Positions 55,901-64,000 of a stretch of 64,000 nt of DNA are shown one piece after another; within the stretch, counting starts at the first letter, position 1; each line of letters opens with the position of its first letter. The stretch comes from Clostridia bacterium (GTDB taxonomy: Bacteria > Bacillota > Clostridia > Oscillospirales > Acutalibacteraceae). A program made the position numbers and the translations under genes. The notes beneath the pieces are model-generated. The model was not told where the DNA came from. It was given only the letters and a program-made list of their open reading frames with translations, and did no database searches. The DNA is taken from contig JAFQSP010000008.1 of the NCBI GenBank assembly GCA_017409475.1, positions 51,650 through 115,649 of the forward strand, read 5' to 3'.

Positions 55901-57049
55901 AATCGAGCCACTTACCTTAATTTCTACTCCGAATGAATATTCTAATTTAACTTCCACGGTGGAGTATCTGAGACTGACGTACACATCCATCGAAGCTTTT
56001 ATTGTAAACATGGCTTCGCCGTTGAGTGTAACCTTCTTCGAATCGGTCGAAACGAATTCTTTTTCGGCAAAGGTGTATGATGCGGATATACTTTTTGACT
56101 TGCTTATATCAGCCAGCGCAAAGGTTGACGGCCCTTCGAAAGCACCGTTATATTCGATGCCTTCTTCAAGTCCCGATGGGTCGATTTCTGTGTTTTCAAA
56201 GGTTGTGCCGCCTTCGATTCGAACATAGTCGAATACTTCGTCGAGCGACGTTTCATCACCCACGATGGTAGCAGTTGTGTCGTCGATTGTGATGGTTTTT
56301 ACCTTTACGATTATGAGGTCGCCGTTAGCCGCCTCAAATGCAAGTATTTCACCCTCGGTCAGCGATAAAATGTCGCTATCCGCATTTTCAAAAACGTATG
56401 TATTAGATGCGTCATCCTCGGTTACCTGAATCGAGTTTGAATCATCGCTGACGATATTTACTTCATCATTATAAACCGCGTAGTTGGTCGTTTCGTTGTC
56501 GTCAAAGTTTACTACTCGGTCCTGGTCAAAGTCAGCGGATGTCTTTGATAAAAACTCCTGCATTTCCTCAGTATATAACGAGTTTACATAGGCGGTGCAA
56601 AGGGGCTTTAAGTCCTCGGTTTTGACTAAATATGCTCCAGCAACAAAGTATTGCGGCATGTCCTCCTCGGCAATTTCAATTTCGGCACTGCTTTCGTCGG
56701 ACGAAACCTCAACCGACTCATAGGCAAGTACACTTTCGCCCAGCTCATCGTATAGGCAAACCACGAGGGTACACGAATCAAGCGCCTCGTACTCAACGGT
56801 TACGAAGTTTTCCTCAACGTTTATTGAAAAAACGTTATATCCGTTGCCGTCCAGCTGCTTTTGCATCTCGTCGCCTATCGTTTGTGTTAATAAATCGCCA
56901 AACGAATTGGTCGATTCAACGGTGAAATCGCCGTCACCGGTGGTGGTTGAATCTGCACCGGCAGTTTCCTCGGCATGAGCGTTTATCGGTAGGATAAAGG
57001 TTGTTGCCAGCATGGTTAATACCAAGATGATTGAAATTATTTTTTTCAT
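52925..57049 (-). CDS. Large secreted modular protein: unknown N-terminal modules, Cna-B/CarboxypepD_reg-like domain, seven-blade RCC1-like propeller, BspA-type LRR-like segment, C-terminal dockerin
   Basis: Signal peptide MKKIISIILVLTMLATTFILPINAHA. GAGGGA lies 7 nt before ATG 57049, whereas the ORF track starts at 57064. Seven repeats of HSAAITKDGKLYTWG.N.YGQLGDGTT. Dockerin F-hands DINLDKKVDTSDLLMIQQYLL and DYNGNGIIDSTDIVLLQMLML. Confidence 0.85.
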   Translation of the reverse strand: MKKIISIILVLTMLATTFILPINAHAEETAGADSTTTGDGDFTVESTNSFGDLLTQTIGDEMQKQLDGNGYNVFSINVEENFVTVEYEALDSCTLVVCLYDELGESVLAYESVEVSSDESSAEIEIAEEDMPQYFVAGAYLVKTEDLKPLCTAYVNSLYTEEMQEFLSKTSADFDQDRVVNFDDNETTNYAVYNDEVNIVSDDSNSIQVTEDDASNTYVFENADSDILSLTEGEILAFEAANGDLIIVKVKTITIDDTTATIVGDETSLDEVFDYVRIEGGTTFENTEIDPSGLEEGIEYNGAFEGPSTFALADISKSKSISASYTFAEKEFVSTDSKKVTLNGEAMFTIKASMDVYVSLRYSTVEVKLEYSFGVEIKVSGSIAAKIPLGYIAIAVCPGVYISFTPSFILELSGEVSVSGELKGQFGFKASTDTKKIKNTSSTPKFECQFKMEATVFIGISLEPSVAIISKKVAEAKMSGRFGAEIKGALCYTSAESTSQKHECKSCIDGDFSARTSLSFEAKFLNLKKLTFKLTIMDKKIKLRDFYYSFDHDEFGFGTCPYISYSFIVNVLEGKDVVQGASVKISSGSEDITKTTDKDGKIEAVYLKNGKYTVTVTKKDFINIEKSYKIKDKGRDIRLSLNKTPVDTSSQYEFETVALGSYHSAAITKDGKLYTWGANDYGQLGDGTTANRLTPKYIMSNVASVSLGCDHSAAVTKDGKLYTWGRNNYGQLGDGTTTNSKTPKHIMSNVASVNLEDSHSAAITKDGKLYTWGYNGSGQLGNGTTANRSMPKCIMNNILSFNFGDFHSAAITKDGKLYTWGSNSWGMLGDGTTTNSLIPKYIMNNVKMISLNGSYSTAITKDGKLYAWGFNYDGQLGDGTTTNRLTPKYIMSNVASASTGFHHSAAITKDGKLYTWGDNYYGQLGDGRTTNKYTPKYIMSNMVSVSLGDRHSAAITKDGKLYTWGDNYYGQLGDGTTTDRLTPKQITLPGATSLASYNTHSFVNDDNVTVDNSGVTVTGLKPKYLYNFYAVKSKTVENPLESGNLLYLVQAQTDESGVLSIGYTPQISYVGAGYIVAAYTRAKGDWGYIYNDDDSLSVTGYYGDDLNIEIPTEIDGIAVTGIDDCFSCDDDVTDITVPDSITSATENAFILCKKATVICSCENIEVFCAAILSDVNYSLIHTSSDTLSVYSQPTEILSGKYYSYCENCGDTIKSGEFDYLRIFESIAKVHGEKSVDFKLSAEQIENSGYASPYLVIEISGTQSTITDYEIVDEYYVFNAKINDNQVNTDINATVYATFNGTEYMGETETTTVYNIGDINLDKKVDTSDLLMIQQYLLDIDSVNSDNFVYTDYNGNGIIDSTDIVLLQMLMLEIA
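54085..55096 (-). repeat. Seven tandem repeats of about 150 nt inside the gene, encoding the RCC1 blades
   Basis: Long near-identical DNA runs recur at 150-nt offsets. For example, the block from 54122 (CCGTCACCGAGCTGACCGTAATAGTTATC.CCCCAAGTATATAATTT) recurs from 54272. Confidence 0.85.
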
Positions 57050-57087
57050 TTTAACATCCCTCATTTGCTATATACTAATTAAAATTT

Positions 57088-59292
57088 TTATACTAATTCA
57101 AAATTCGCACTGTTACTATCATCAAGACTGTGAGAGCCGATATATACTATAAATTCGCCATTTTCAGCATTGAATTTGCAATCTTTATCATAAAATTTTA
57201 GCATTTCTTCAGCGATTTCGAACTTAACCGTTTTCTTTTCACCTGATTTAATAAATTTCTTTTCAAAGGCTTTCAGCTCCTTTAACGGACGTGCAACCAG
57301 CCTTGATTTTACATCACGAATATAGAGCTGCACGGTTTCAAACCCGTCGTGATTGCCAATGTTCTCGACGTCAATGCTAACGGTAATTTTTTCGCCACGC
57401 TTTAGTGTGCTTGACGAAAGCGAAAGGTTGCTATATTCAAATTCGGTATAGGAAAGTCCGTAACCAAATGGATAAAGCGGAGAGTTAAGCGTGTCAATAT
57501 AACGAAGAACATACTTGTGGAATTGACCTTCCGGATGGTCGTGACCGGTAGCAATATTGCTGTAAAACAGAGGCACTTGACCGCTTTTTCGCGGGAAAGA
57601 GAAGGGGAGACGACCGCTTGGTGAGGTGTAGCCAAATAGCATATCGCAAATCCCCAAATACCCCTGGGAGCCCGGATACCATGATATGATAATACTTTTT
57701 GCAAGCTCGCTTAATTCGCTTAAAACAAGCGGTCTGCCGTTAAATAATACTACTACAATATTCTTGTTTACCTCGTTAATTTTTCGGAGCAGTGCCATTT
57801 GAACTTCGGGTATTGTTATTTCGGTGCGACTGCCTGATTCACCAAAGAGCTCGTGCGGTTCGCCCATGAGCATAACAATCGTATCGGCTTTTTTTGCTTG
57901 CTCAATTGCCTCTTTTTCGTATAACTTGGCATTGTTTTCACACGGGTTTTCGGGCTTTTCCGATAATTCCTTATCATCACTTAAATACGGACAGCCAATG
58001 GAATAGCTGTATTCGCCTTTGAGTTCAGGAAAACTATTAACCGCCTCGTTTATGTAAAGACCGATTTCGCGTTCACCATGAATTTGAGCCCAGTGGGTAG
58101 TAAGGTCATTCTTTTCAACAAATGGTCCTATAAACGCTACCTTTTTATCCTTTGCGATAGGTAAAAGCGAATCATCGTTTTTAACAAGAGTGCTCGATTC
58201 GCTGACCGATTGCCTTGCAATCGCACGGTGATTTACGCGCTCGGATTCACTAATTGAATCACTGCCTTTGAAATATTTATACGGATTTTCAAACAAACCG
58301 AGCTTGTTTTTAAGCTTGAGTATGCGCATAACGCATTCGTCTATCTGTTCAATAGAAACGGTGCCGCTTTTCACCGCTTCACCTAAATATTTAAGTCCGT
58401 AAACGCCACCCATCATGTCAATATCAACCTTGTTTTCAATGAGCAGCTGTGCGGTTTCGGTATGGTTATCAACAACGCCTGCACTGAGGCACATTTTCGC
58501 CGAGCCGTAATCGGTTATCGAAACGCCGTCAAAGCCCCATTCATCACGAAGAATGTCAACGTTTGTGTGATGATTTATTGTAGCAGGTGTTCCGTTTATG
58601 GTATTGAATGCGGTCATAATCATAGCAACGTTTGCATCAACGGCGGCCTTATATGGCGGAAGATAATCGTTTCGCATCATTCTTTCTGACATATCAACGT
58701 TGTTATAATCTCTGCCGTCGTACGGAGCGCCATAAAGCGCAAAATGCTTTACGCAAGCGGCGATTGTATCATCGTTTTGGAGGCTTTCTCCCTGATACCC
58801 CTCAACCATCGATTTAGAACATATAGATGACAGATAGGTGTCCTCCCCATATCCTTCACAAACGCGACCCCATCGTGCGTCGCGTGAAATATCAACCATA
58901 GGTGAAAATGTAACGTTAATGCCGAATGCGGCTGATTCTTTTGCGGTGATTCGTGCCGTTTCTTTGATAAGCCGGGGATTGAATGTTGCCGCAAGTGCCG
59001 GTGAAATAGGGAATATCGTATTAAATCCATGGATAATGTCATTCATGAATAAAAGCGGAATTTTACTGTATTTGAGATGTTGCTCCTGAAGCTTTTTCAT
59101 TCGTTCGGTGTCGTACATATTGAGAATGGACCCAACGGTAGCGATAATATCGTCGGTCTCAACATTTTCGTCAAATATACCGGTTATAGCACCGTCTTCG
59201 CCAAAAATGTGTGGCAATGCCTGAAACATTTGACCGATTTTTTCCTTTAATGTTAAGCTATTCAGAAGCTCTTTTAACTCGTGTTTTGTCAT
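57088..59292 (-). CDS. Glycoside hydrolase family 3 beta-glucosidase/beta-xylosidase-like, no signal peptide
   Basis: GH3 N-terminal domain motifs (KEKIGQM, KHFALYG), nucleophile region GFDGVSITDYG, and a C-terminal FnIII-like domain. Confidence 0.88.
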   Translation of the reverse strand: MTKHELKELLNSLTLKEKIGQMFQALPHIFGEDGAITGIFDENVETDDIIATVGSILNMYDTERMKKLQEQHLKYSKIPLLFMNDIIHGFNTIFPISPALAATFNPRLIKETARITAKESAAFGINVTFSPMVDISRDARWGRVCEGYGEDTYLSSICSKSMVEGYQGESLQNDDTIAACVKHFALYGAPYDGRDYNNVDMSERMMRNDYLPPYKAAVDANVAMIMTAFNTINGTPATINHHTNVDILRDEWGFDGVSITDYGSAKMCLSAGVVDNHTETAQLLIENKVDIDMMGGVYGLKYLGEAVKSGTVSIEQIDECVMRILKLKNKLGLFENPYKYFKGSDSISESERVNHRAIARQSVSESSTLVKNDDSLLPIAKDKKVAFIGPFVEKNDLTTHWAQIHGEREIGLYINEAVNSFPELKGEYSYSIGCPYLSDDKELSEKPENPCENNAKLYEKEAIEQAKKADTIVMLMGEPHELFGESGSRTEITIPEVQMALLRKINEVNKNIVVVLFNGRPLVLSELSELAKSIIISWYPGSQGYLGICDMLFGYTSPSGRLPFSFPRKSGQVPLFYSNIATGHDHPEGQFHKYVLRYIDTLNSPLYPFGYGLSYTEFEYSNLSLSSSTLKRGEKITVSIDVENIGNHDGFETVQLYIRDVKSRLVARPLKELKAFEKKFIKSGEKKTVKFEIAEEMLKFYDKDCKFNAENGEFIVYIGSHSLDDSNSANFELV

Positions 59293-59314
59293 TGTATATC
59301 CTCTTATTTAATAA

Positions 59315-61351
59315 TTAGTTCATTTCGACCTGCGCCATTTTCTGCTTTAATTTATCAGCAACCGCTTTTATCTTTGCGTTTTTCGGGTCGGAAAGCGTCG
59401 GGTCGCTGTCTAAAATCGACTGGGCGCAGCTTTGCGTTTCGTGAAGAATGTCAATATCGGCAAAAAGATTGGTGATTTTAAGTGAGGGTAGTCCGTGCTG
59501 TCTGTTGCCGAAAAAGTCGCCCGGACCTCGCAGCTTGAGGTCCTCCTCGCTGATTATAAAGCCGTCATTTGTGCTTTTTATAACGTTAAGTCTTGCCTTT
59601 GCTATATTGGTTTCGGCGTCGGAAACAAGTATGCAGGTTGATTTATGCTTACCTCTGCCAACTCGGCCTCTAAGCTGATGAAGCTGAGAAAGTCCGAATA
59701 AATCAGCGTTTTCAATCATCATAATAACCGAATTCGGCACGTCAACGCCAACCTCAATTACGGTGGTCGAAACAAGCAACTGAATTTGACCTGATGCAAA
59801 TTTTCTCATTACGTCTTCTTTTTCGGATGATTTCATTTTTCCGTGAAGAAGTCCTACCGAGTACCCTTTAAACTGATTTTGAGATAATTCTTCCTTATAG
59901 TTTTCGGCGGCGATTTTGTTACTGTTATCGTCGTCACTTTCGTCGGATACAAGTGGACAAACTATATATCCTTGCCTGCCTTCGTCAAGATGCTTTTTTA
60001 TGTAACCAAAGGCTCTTTGCTTGATTTGACTGTTAATAACAAAGGTTTCGATTGGCTGACGTCCCGGCGGAAGCTCGTCAAGAATAGAAATATCGAGGTC
60101 GCCGTAAATCATAAGCGCAAGTGTACGCGGAATCGGCGTTGCCGACATAACCATTACGTGAGGATTGAGTGCTTTTGCCGAAAGCATGGCGCGCTGATTA
60201 ACACCGAATCGGTGCTGTTCATCGGTAATAACGAGTCCGAGTCGGTTAAATTCAACGTCGTTTTGAATTATTGCATGAGTACCTACGATGAGGTCGATGT
60301 CGCCCTCTTTTAATCGCGAAAGGATTTCTGCACGTTTTTTTCCCGTTGTTGAGCCGGTCAAAAGGGCGATTTGCATTCCGGTTTTTGAAAACATTTTTAC
60401 AAATGATGCAAAATGCTGCTCGGCAAGAATTTCGGTCGGAGCCATCATGGTCGCTTGTAACCCGTTTTTTATCGCGGTATAGCATACTGCGGCGGCAACT
60501 GCGGTTTTTCCAGAGCCGACGTCACCCTGAATGAGTCGATTCATCATGATACCGTGATTCATATCGTTTATGCAGTCGCTAATCGCGTTTTTTTGTGCAT
60601 TTGTGAGTGAGAATGGTAGCAATTGCTCGAATTCATTCGTATAGTCGGTTTCAACATTGTACGAGTTTGCGAGCTTGCTATTCTGTTTAATCATTCTCAT
60701 GCCGAGCTGCAATCCGAAAAGCTCGTCAAAAACAAGTCTACGTCTTGCCTTATTGAGCGCGGAGAAGCTATCGGGAAAGTGAATATTTTTAATCGCATAT
60801 CCGTATCCGCAAAGCTTGTATTTATCAAGAATATCCTGCGGTAAATATTCGTCAAATTTTGCATTTGAAAGGGCGGTTTTCACCGTTTTTTCGATAGCGT
60901 ATGTGTTAAGTGAATCGGTCTGGCGGTAAATAGGTCTTATTTTTGCGCCGTCGGTGGTAAGTATTTCGGGCGATGACATCTCTCGCCATATAAGACTTCC
61001 GCCGATTTTGCCGTAAAAAAGGTATGTTTCGCCGCATTTAATCTTGTTTGCCTGATATTTGTTATTGAAAATTGTAACGTTGAGACGCATACCGTTATCG
61101 TCGGCCTTAAACTTGTATAATGTCAAACCTTTGCGAATTCGGCTTTCGGTAGGTGAGGAAATAACGGTTGCTTTTACACAGGCTGTTTCGCCGATTTCGG
61201 TGTCTTTTATGGCCTTTATTTTGGAATAATCGACATAATTTCGCGGGTAAAAATGAAAAAGGGCGTCAACGGTATCCACGCCCAACCTTTTAAAAAGTTG
61301 GGCGCGTTTATCGCCAACACCTTTAATTGTAGATATTTTGTCGCCGGTCAT
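59315..61351 (-). CDS. recG: ATP-dependent DNA helicase RecG
   Basis: Wedge domain N-terminus, Walker A GDVGSGKT, DEQH box (ITDEQHRFG), QLHQLRGRVGRG. Confidence 0.94.
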   Translation of the reverse strand: MTGDKISTIKGVGDKRAQLFKRLGVDTVDALFHFYPRNYVDYSKIKAIKDTEIGETACVKATVISSPTESRIRKGLTLYKFKADDNGMRLNVTIFNNKYQANKIKCGETYLFYGKIGGSLIWREMSSPEILTTDGAKIRPIYRQTDSLNTYAIEKTVKTALSNAKFDEYLPQDILDKYKLCGYGYAIKNIHFPDSFSALNKARRRLVFDELFGLQLGMRMIKQNSKLANSYNVETDYTNEFEQLLPFSLTNAQKNAISDCINDMNHGIMMNRLIQGDVGSGKTAVAAAVCYTAIKNGLQATMMAPTEILAEQHFASFVKMFSKTGMQIALLTGSTTGKKRAEILSRLKEGDIDLIVGTHAIIQNDVEFNRLGLVITDEQHRFGVNQRAMLSAKALNPHVMVMSATPIPRTLALMIYGDLDISILDELPPGRQPIETFVINSQIKQRAFGYIKKHLDEGRQGYIVCPLVSDESDDDNSNKIAAENYKEELSQNQFKGYSVGLLHGKMKSSEKEDVMRKFASGQIQLLVSTTVIEVGVDVPNSVIMMIENADLFGLSQLHQLRGRVGRGKHKSTCILVSDAETNIAKARLNVIKSTNDGFIISEEDLKLRGPGDFFGNRQHGLPSLKITNLFADIDILHETQSCAQSILDSDPTLSDPKNAKIKAVADKLKQKMAQVEMN

Positions 61352-61384
61352 TTTGTCTACCTCCGGCTGATTATATTATAATGC

Positions 61385-63064
61385 TTATTCAACTGAGATA
61401 ATAAAGTAATAAACGGGCTGATTTCCTTTTAAAGCACTGATTTCAATGCCGTTAGGCAATTTTTCTTCGAGCTTGCTTACAACATCTTCGGCCTGTTTGT
61501 CACTAATGTCTTCACCGTAAATGACTGTTACAAAGCTTGAATTCTTTGTACACATTTTATTTGTAAGCTTTACGGCAGCTTTTACGCAATCGGTTTCGGT
61601 GAATGAAAGCTTACCGTTAATCATCGCGAGAATATCGCCTTCTTTAATATCGTGACCCTCAAAGTTGCTGTTACGTGCGGCGTAGGTAATCTGACCTGTT
61701 GTAACGTTATCAGCAGCCTCCATCATGGTAATTGCGTTCTCGTCGTCGTCAGCGCTTGGGTCAAAAGCAAGCATGGCTGAAATTCCCATCGGTATAGTTC
61801 TTGTATGAAGAACTATAACCTTTCTTGTAGCAATCGGCACAGTAAGCTCAGCCGCCATGATAATATTTTTATTGTTCGGAAGAACAAATACCGTCTCGGC
61901 AGGGGTAAGCTCAACAGCTCTGAGAATATCCTCTGTGCTCGGGTTCATTGTTTGTCCACCGCTAACGAGGGTGTCAACACCGAGGTCGGTAAAGAGCTGT
62001 TCGATTCCGTCGCCTACGCAAACGCTTACAAATCCGTATTTCTTTTCGGGTTTAACGGGTGTATAGTCGTTTCCGCTTGGGGTAGAAATTTTTTCGGGTT
62101 CGCTTTCGCGGTCATCGTGCTTCATACGCTCGTTTTGGTCACGCATATTCTCGATTTTAAGATTAACAAGTGGACCGAATTCGAGAGCGTGCTCGATAGC
62201 ATCACCCGGGTGATTGGTATGAACGTGAACCTTTATTATATCTTCATCGTCAACAACTACGCAGCTGTCACCGATTGATTCAAGATATTTTCTAAGCTCC
62301 AGCGGGTCGGTGGTAATAGCTTTATCGCGATTAATGATGAATTCGGTACAGTAGGTGAATGTGATTTCTGCGTCAGAGCTTGCGGCAGCCGAAAGTGATT
62401 TTTCAGGGGCCGAAACGGTAGGTGCGGTTTTACCTTCGATAATATTACCGTCCTTAAATACTTCGAGCATTCCTTCTAAAATGGTTACAAGTCCTTGACC
62501 GCCTGCGTCAACAACGCCGGCTTTTTTGAGAACCGGGAGCATTTCAGGTGTCTGCGCCAATGCTTCTTTTGCGCCGTCAAGTGCTGCTTCAAATGTTTCG
62601 ACAAAGTCGTCGGATTTAACATTTTTAGCCGTTTCGGCAGCAATTCTTGCTACCGTTAAAATGGTGCCTTCGGTGGGTTTCATGACAGCCTTATAAGCGG
62701 CAGCAACACCCATTGAAAGAGCTTCGGCAAAAACCTTTCCGCCAACCTCGGTCTGTCCCTTTAATCCTTTTGAAATTCCGCGGAAGAGAAGGGAAAGAAT
62801 AACGCCTGAATTTCCTCTTGCTCCTCGAAGGAATGACGAAGCGGCGGTATCGGCAACTTCGGTTGCGGTCGGGTTGTTGAGACGGCTAAGCTCACGTACC
62901 GAACTTGATATGGTCATGGACATATTTGTACCTGTATCACCGTCGGGAACAGGGAATACGTTTAATTGGTCGATTTTTTCGCGGTTGTTTGTAATATTGT
63001 TAGCACCCGAAATGAATGCATCACGAAGAATTTTTCCGTTTATCACTTTTATGAACACTCCCAA
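61385..63064 (-). CDS. DAK2-domain fusion protein (YloV family)
   Basis: N-terminal Dak2 motif PVPDGDTGTNM, a C-terminal DegV-like/YloV extension, and the conserved position between asp23 and recG. Confidence 0.88.
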   Translation of the reverse strand: MGVFIKVINGKILRDAFISGANNITNNREKIDQLNVFPVPDGDTGTNMSMTISSSVRELSRLNNPTATEVADTAASSFLRGARGNSGVILSLLFRGISKGLKGQTEVGGKVFAEALSMGVAAAYKAVMKPTEGTILTVARIAAETAKNVKSDDFVETFEAALDGAKEALAQTPEMLPVLKKAGVVDAGGQGLVTILEGMLEVFKDGNIIEGKTAPTVSAPEKSLSAAASSDAEITFTYCTEFIINRDKAITTDPLELRKYLESIGDSCVVVDDEDIIKVHVHTNHPGDAIEHALEFGPLVNLKIENMRDQNERMKHDDRESEPEKISTPSGNDYTPVKPEKKYGFVSVCVGDGIEQLFTDLGVDTLVSGGQTMNPSTEDILRAVELTPAETVFVLPNNKNIIMAAELTVPIATRKVIVLHTRTIPMGISAMLAFDPSADDDENAITMMEAADNVTTGQITYAARNSNFEGHDIKEGDILAMINGKLSFTETDCVKAAVKLTNKMCTKNSSFVTVIYGEDISDKQAEDVVSKLEEKLPNGIEISALKGNQPVYYFIISVE

Positions 63065-63089
63065 AATATATCGCTAAAAATACGAAGTA

Positions 63090-63434
63090 TTATTCGGTTT
63101 CGATTCCGTCAACGTGAACGGTAACCTTTTTAACCTTAATACCGGTTGAGGATTCAACGGTATATTTAACCTTGTGGACAATGCTGTTTGCGATTGCGTT
63201 AATATTTATTCCGTAACTTACTATAATATGAAGGTCAACGGTTATTGAATCGAAATCGCCCTTGACTGTGATGCCCTTTTCGGGTGTACGTCTGAAAAGG
63301 CCGACAACCTTCTGCGGAATGTTAGGAACCATTCCGGCTACACCGTAGCATGATGATGCGGCATTACCAATAAGCTTTGCAAAATATGAATTAGAGATGG
63401 TTATGGTGCCGTGTCTGTTTTCGTAGGAAATCAT
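63090..63434 (-). CDS. Asp23/Gls24-family alkaline shock protein (YloU-like)
   Basis: GGAG lies 8 nt before ATG 63434 (MISYENRHGTITISNSYFAKLIG...). The track ORF extends to 63560 through an unlikely hydrophobic leader. Confidence 0.85.
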   Translation of the reverse strand: MISYENRHGTITISNSYFAKLIGNAASSCYGVAGMVPNIPQKVVGLFRRTPEKGITVKGDFDSITVDLHIIVSYGININAIANSIVHKVKYTVESSTGIKVKKVTVHVDGIETE

Positions 63435-63525
63435 AATATGCTCCGTTTCTCCGCAATATGTGTAGTTTGTTTTACAAATGATTTGCAGCCTATGCGGATT
63501 GATGCAAATCAAAATTATACTATTG

Positions 63526-64000
63526 TTAAAGGTCGGTATAAATATCGCTGATACTGACATTTATATCTTTAATTGAATCCGAATAGATGGAAACACCCTT
63601 TCGGTTGCAAATCGGTATAATCGGCATTTCGCTTGCGCATGAGCTGATGACGGTTGAAATATCGGCTTTTTCTTCATAAAAAGCGTCAATCATTTCGCTT
63701 GTATATGATTCGTTTATTCCGGAAATAACATTTTTTGAAAACACATCGCGAAGGTCCATATTTTTTGCTAATTTGATTTCGCCGATGTATATATCGTAAT
63801 TATTATTTTCGAGCCGTTGAGAGTATTCTTCAAAGCTTTCTGCTTCGGTAACAATAATCTCGATTCCGACTTTTTTCAGCTGTTGAACAATTAGCCCAGC
63901 GGCATATTTGCGCGAAATATTTTCTTTATTATAAAGCAAAGAAAAAGTGATTCTTTCACCCGATTGAGCTACATAATAGCCGTCAGTATCTTTACTATTA
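63526..64000 (-). CDS. C-terminal part of an ABC-transporter family-5 (peptide/nickel type) solute-binding protein; the 5' end is outside the window
   Basis: The frame stays open upstream of the track start (…NSKDTDGYYVAQSGERITFSLLYNKEN…). The assignment rests only on general resemblance of the C-terminal lobe. Confidence 0.5.
   Translation of the reverse strand, partial: NSKDTDGYYVAQSGERITFSLLYNKENISRKYAAGLIVQQLKKVGIEIIVTEAESFEEYSQRLENNNYDIYIGEIKLAKNMDLRDVFSKNVISGINESYTSEMIDAFYEEKADISTVISSCASEMPIIPICNRKGVSIYSDSIKDINVSISDIYTDL

Overview
This window looks like chromosomal backbone from a low-GC, spore-forming Clostridia genome. Two dockerin-bearing secreted proteins suggest a Ruminococcus/Oscillospiraceae-like organism, but that is an inference and no database search was possible. 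Most of the window is conserved housekeeping. In order it holds: trkH-trkA K+ uptake, a GH2 glycosidase plus a HAD phosphatase, a heterodimeric ABC exporter pair, spoIIE, a lexA / 85-aa ORF / dinB operon, ispF, cdaA-cdaR, recD2-comF, mreB, tRNA-Thr, a gerA-type germinant receptor operon, a DD-carboxypeptidase, asd-dapA-dapB, queA-tgt, a dcw cluster (mraZ rsmH ftsL pbp murE mraY ftsW murG murA ftsQ ftsZ), prmA, prfB, a SAM-I riboswitch with metK, a tRNA-Pro locus, then on the minus strand yloU(asp23)-yloV(DAK2)-recG-GH3 and a 1374-aa RCC1-repeat dockerin protein. I found no recognisable defence island, prophage, integrase, transposase or CRISPR array, and no clearly novel multi-gene system. The least ordinary stretch is about 51.9-57.1 kb. 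It contains an AT-rich gene-free region ending in a perfect consensus promoter. That promoter reads into a decayed tRNA-Pro copy that keeps a 32-nt duplicate of the leader and 5' tRNA, then a roughly 165-nt uncharacterised spacer, then an intact tRNA-Pro. A run of six back-to-back hairpins punctuated by a 10-nt repeat follows, and then the large modular RCC1/dockerin protein. Other oddities: germination B and C subunits fused in frame; a LexA with a Cys-Gly cleavage site and a non-Cheo palindrome over its own transcription start; an uncharacterised ORF translationally linked between lexA and dinB; twin palindromic 17-mers bracketing the ftsZ promoter, with no ftsA present; and a prfB with no programmed frameshift. 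All coordinates, motifs and repeats were read by eye from the sequence and the ORF track. Family assignments rest on recognised motifs, not on searches.
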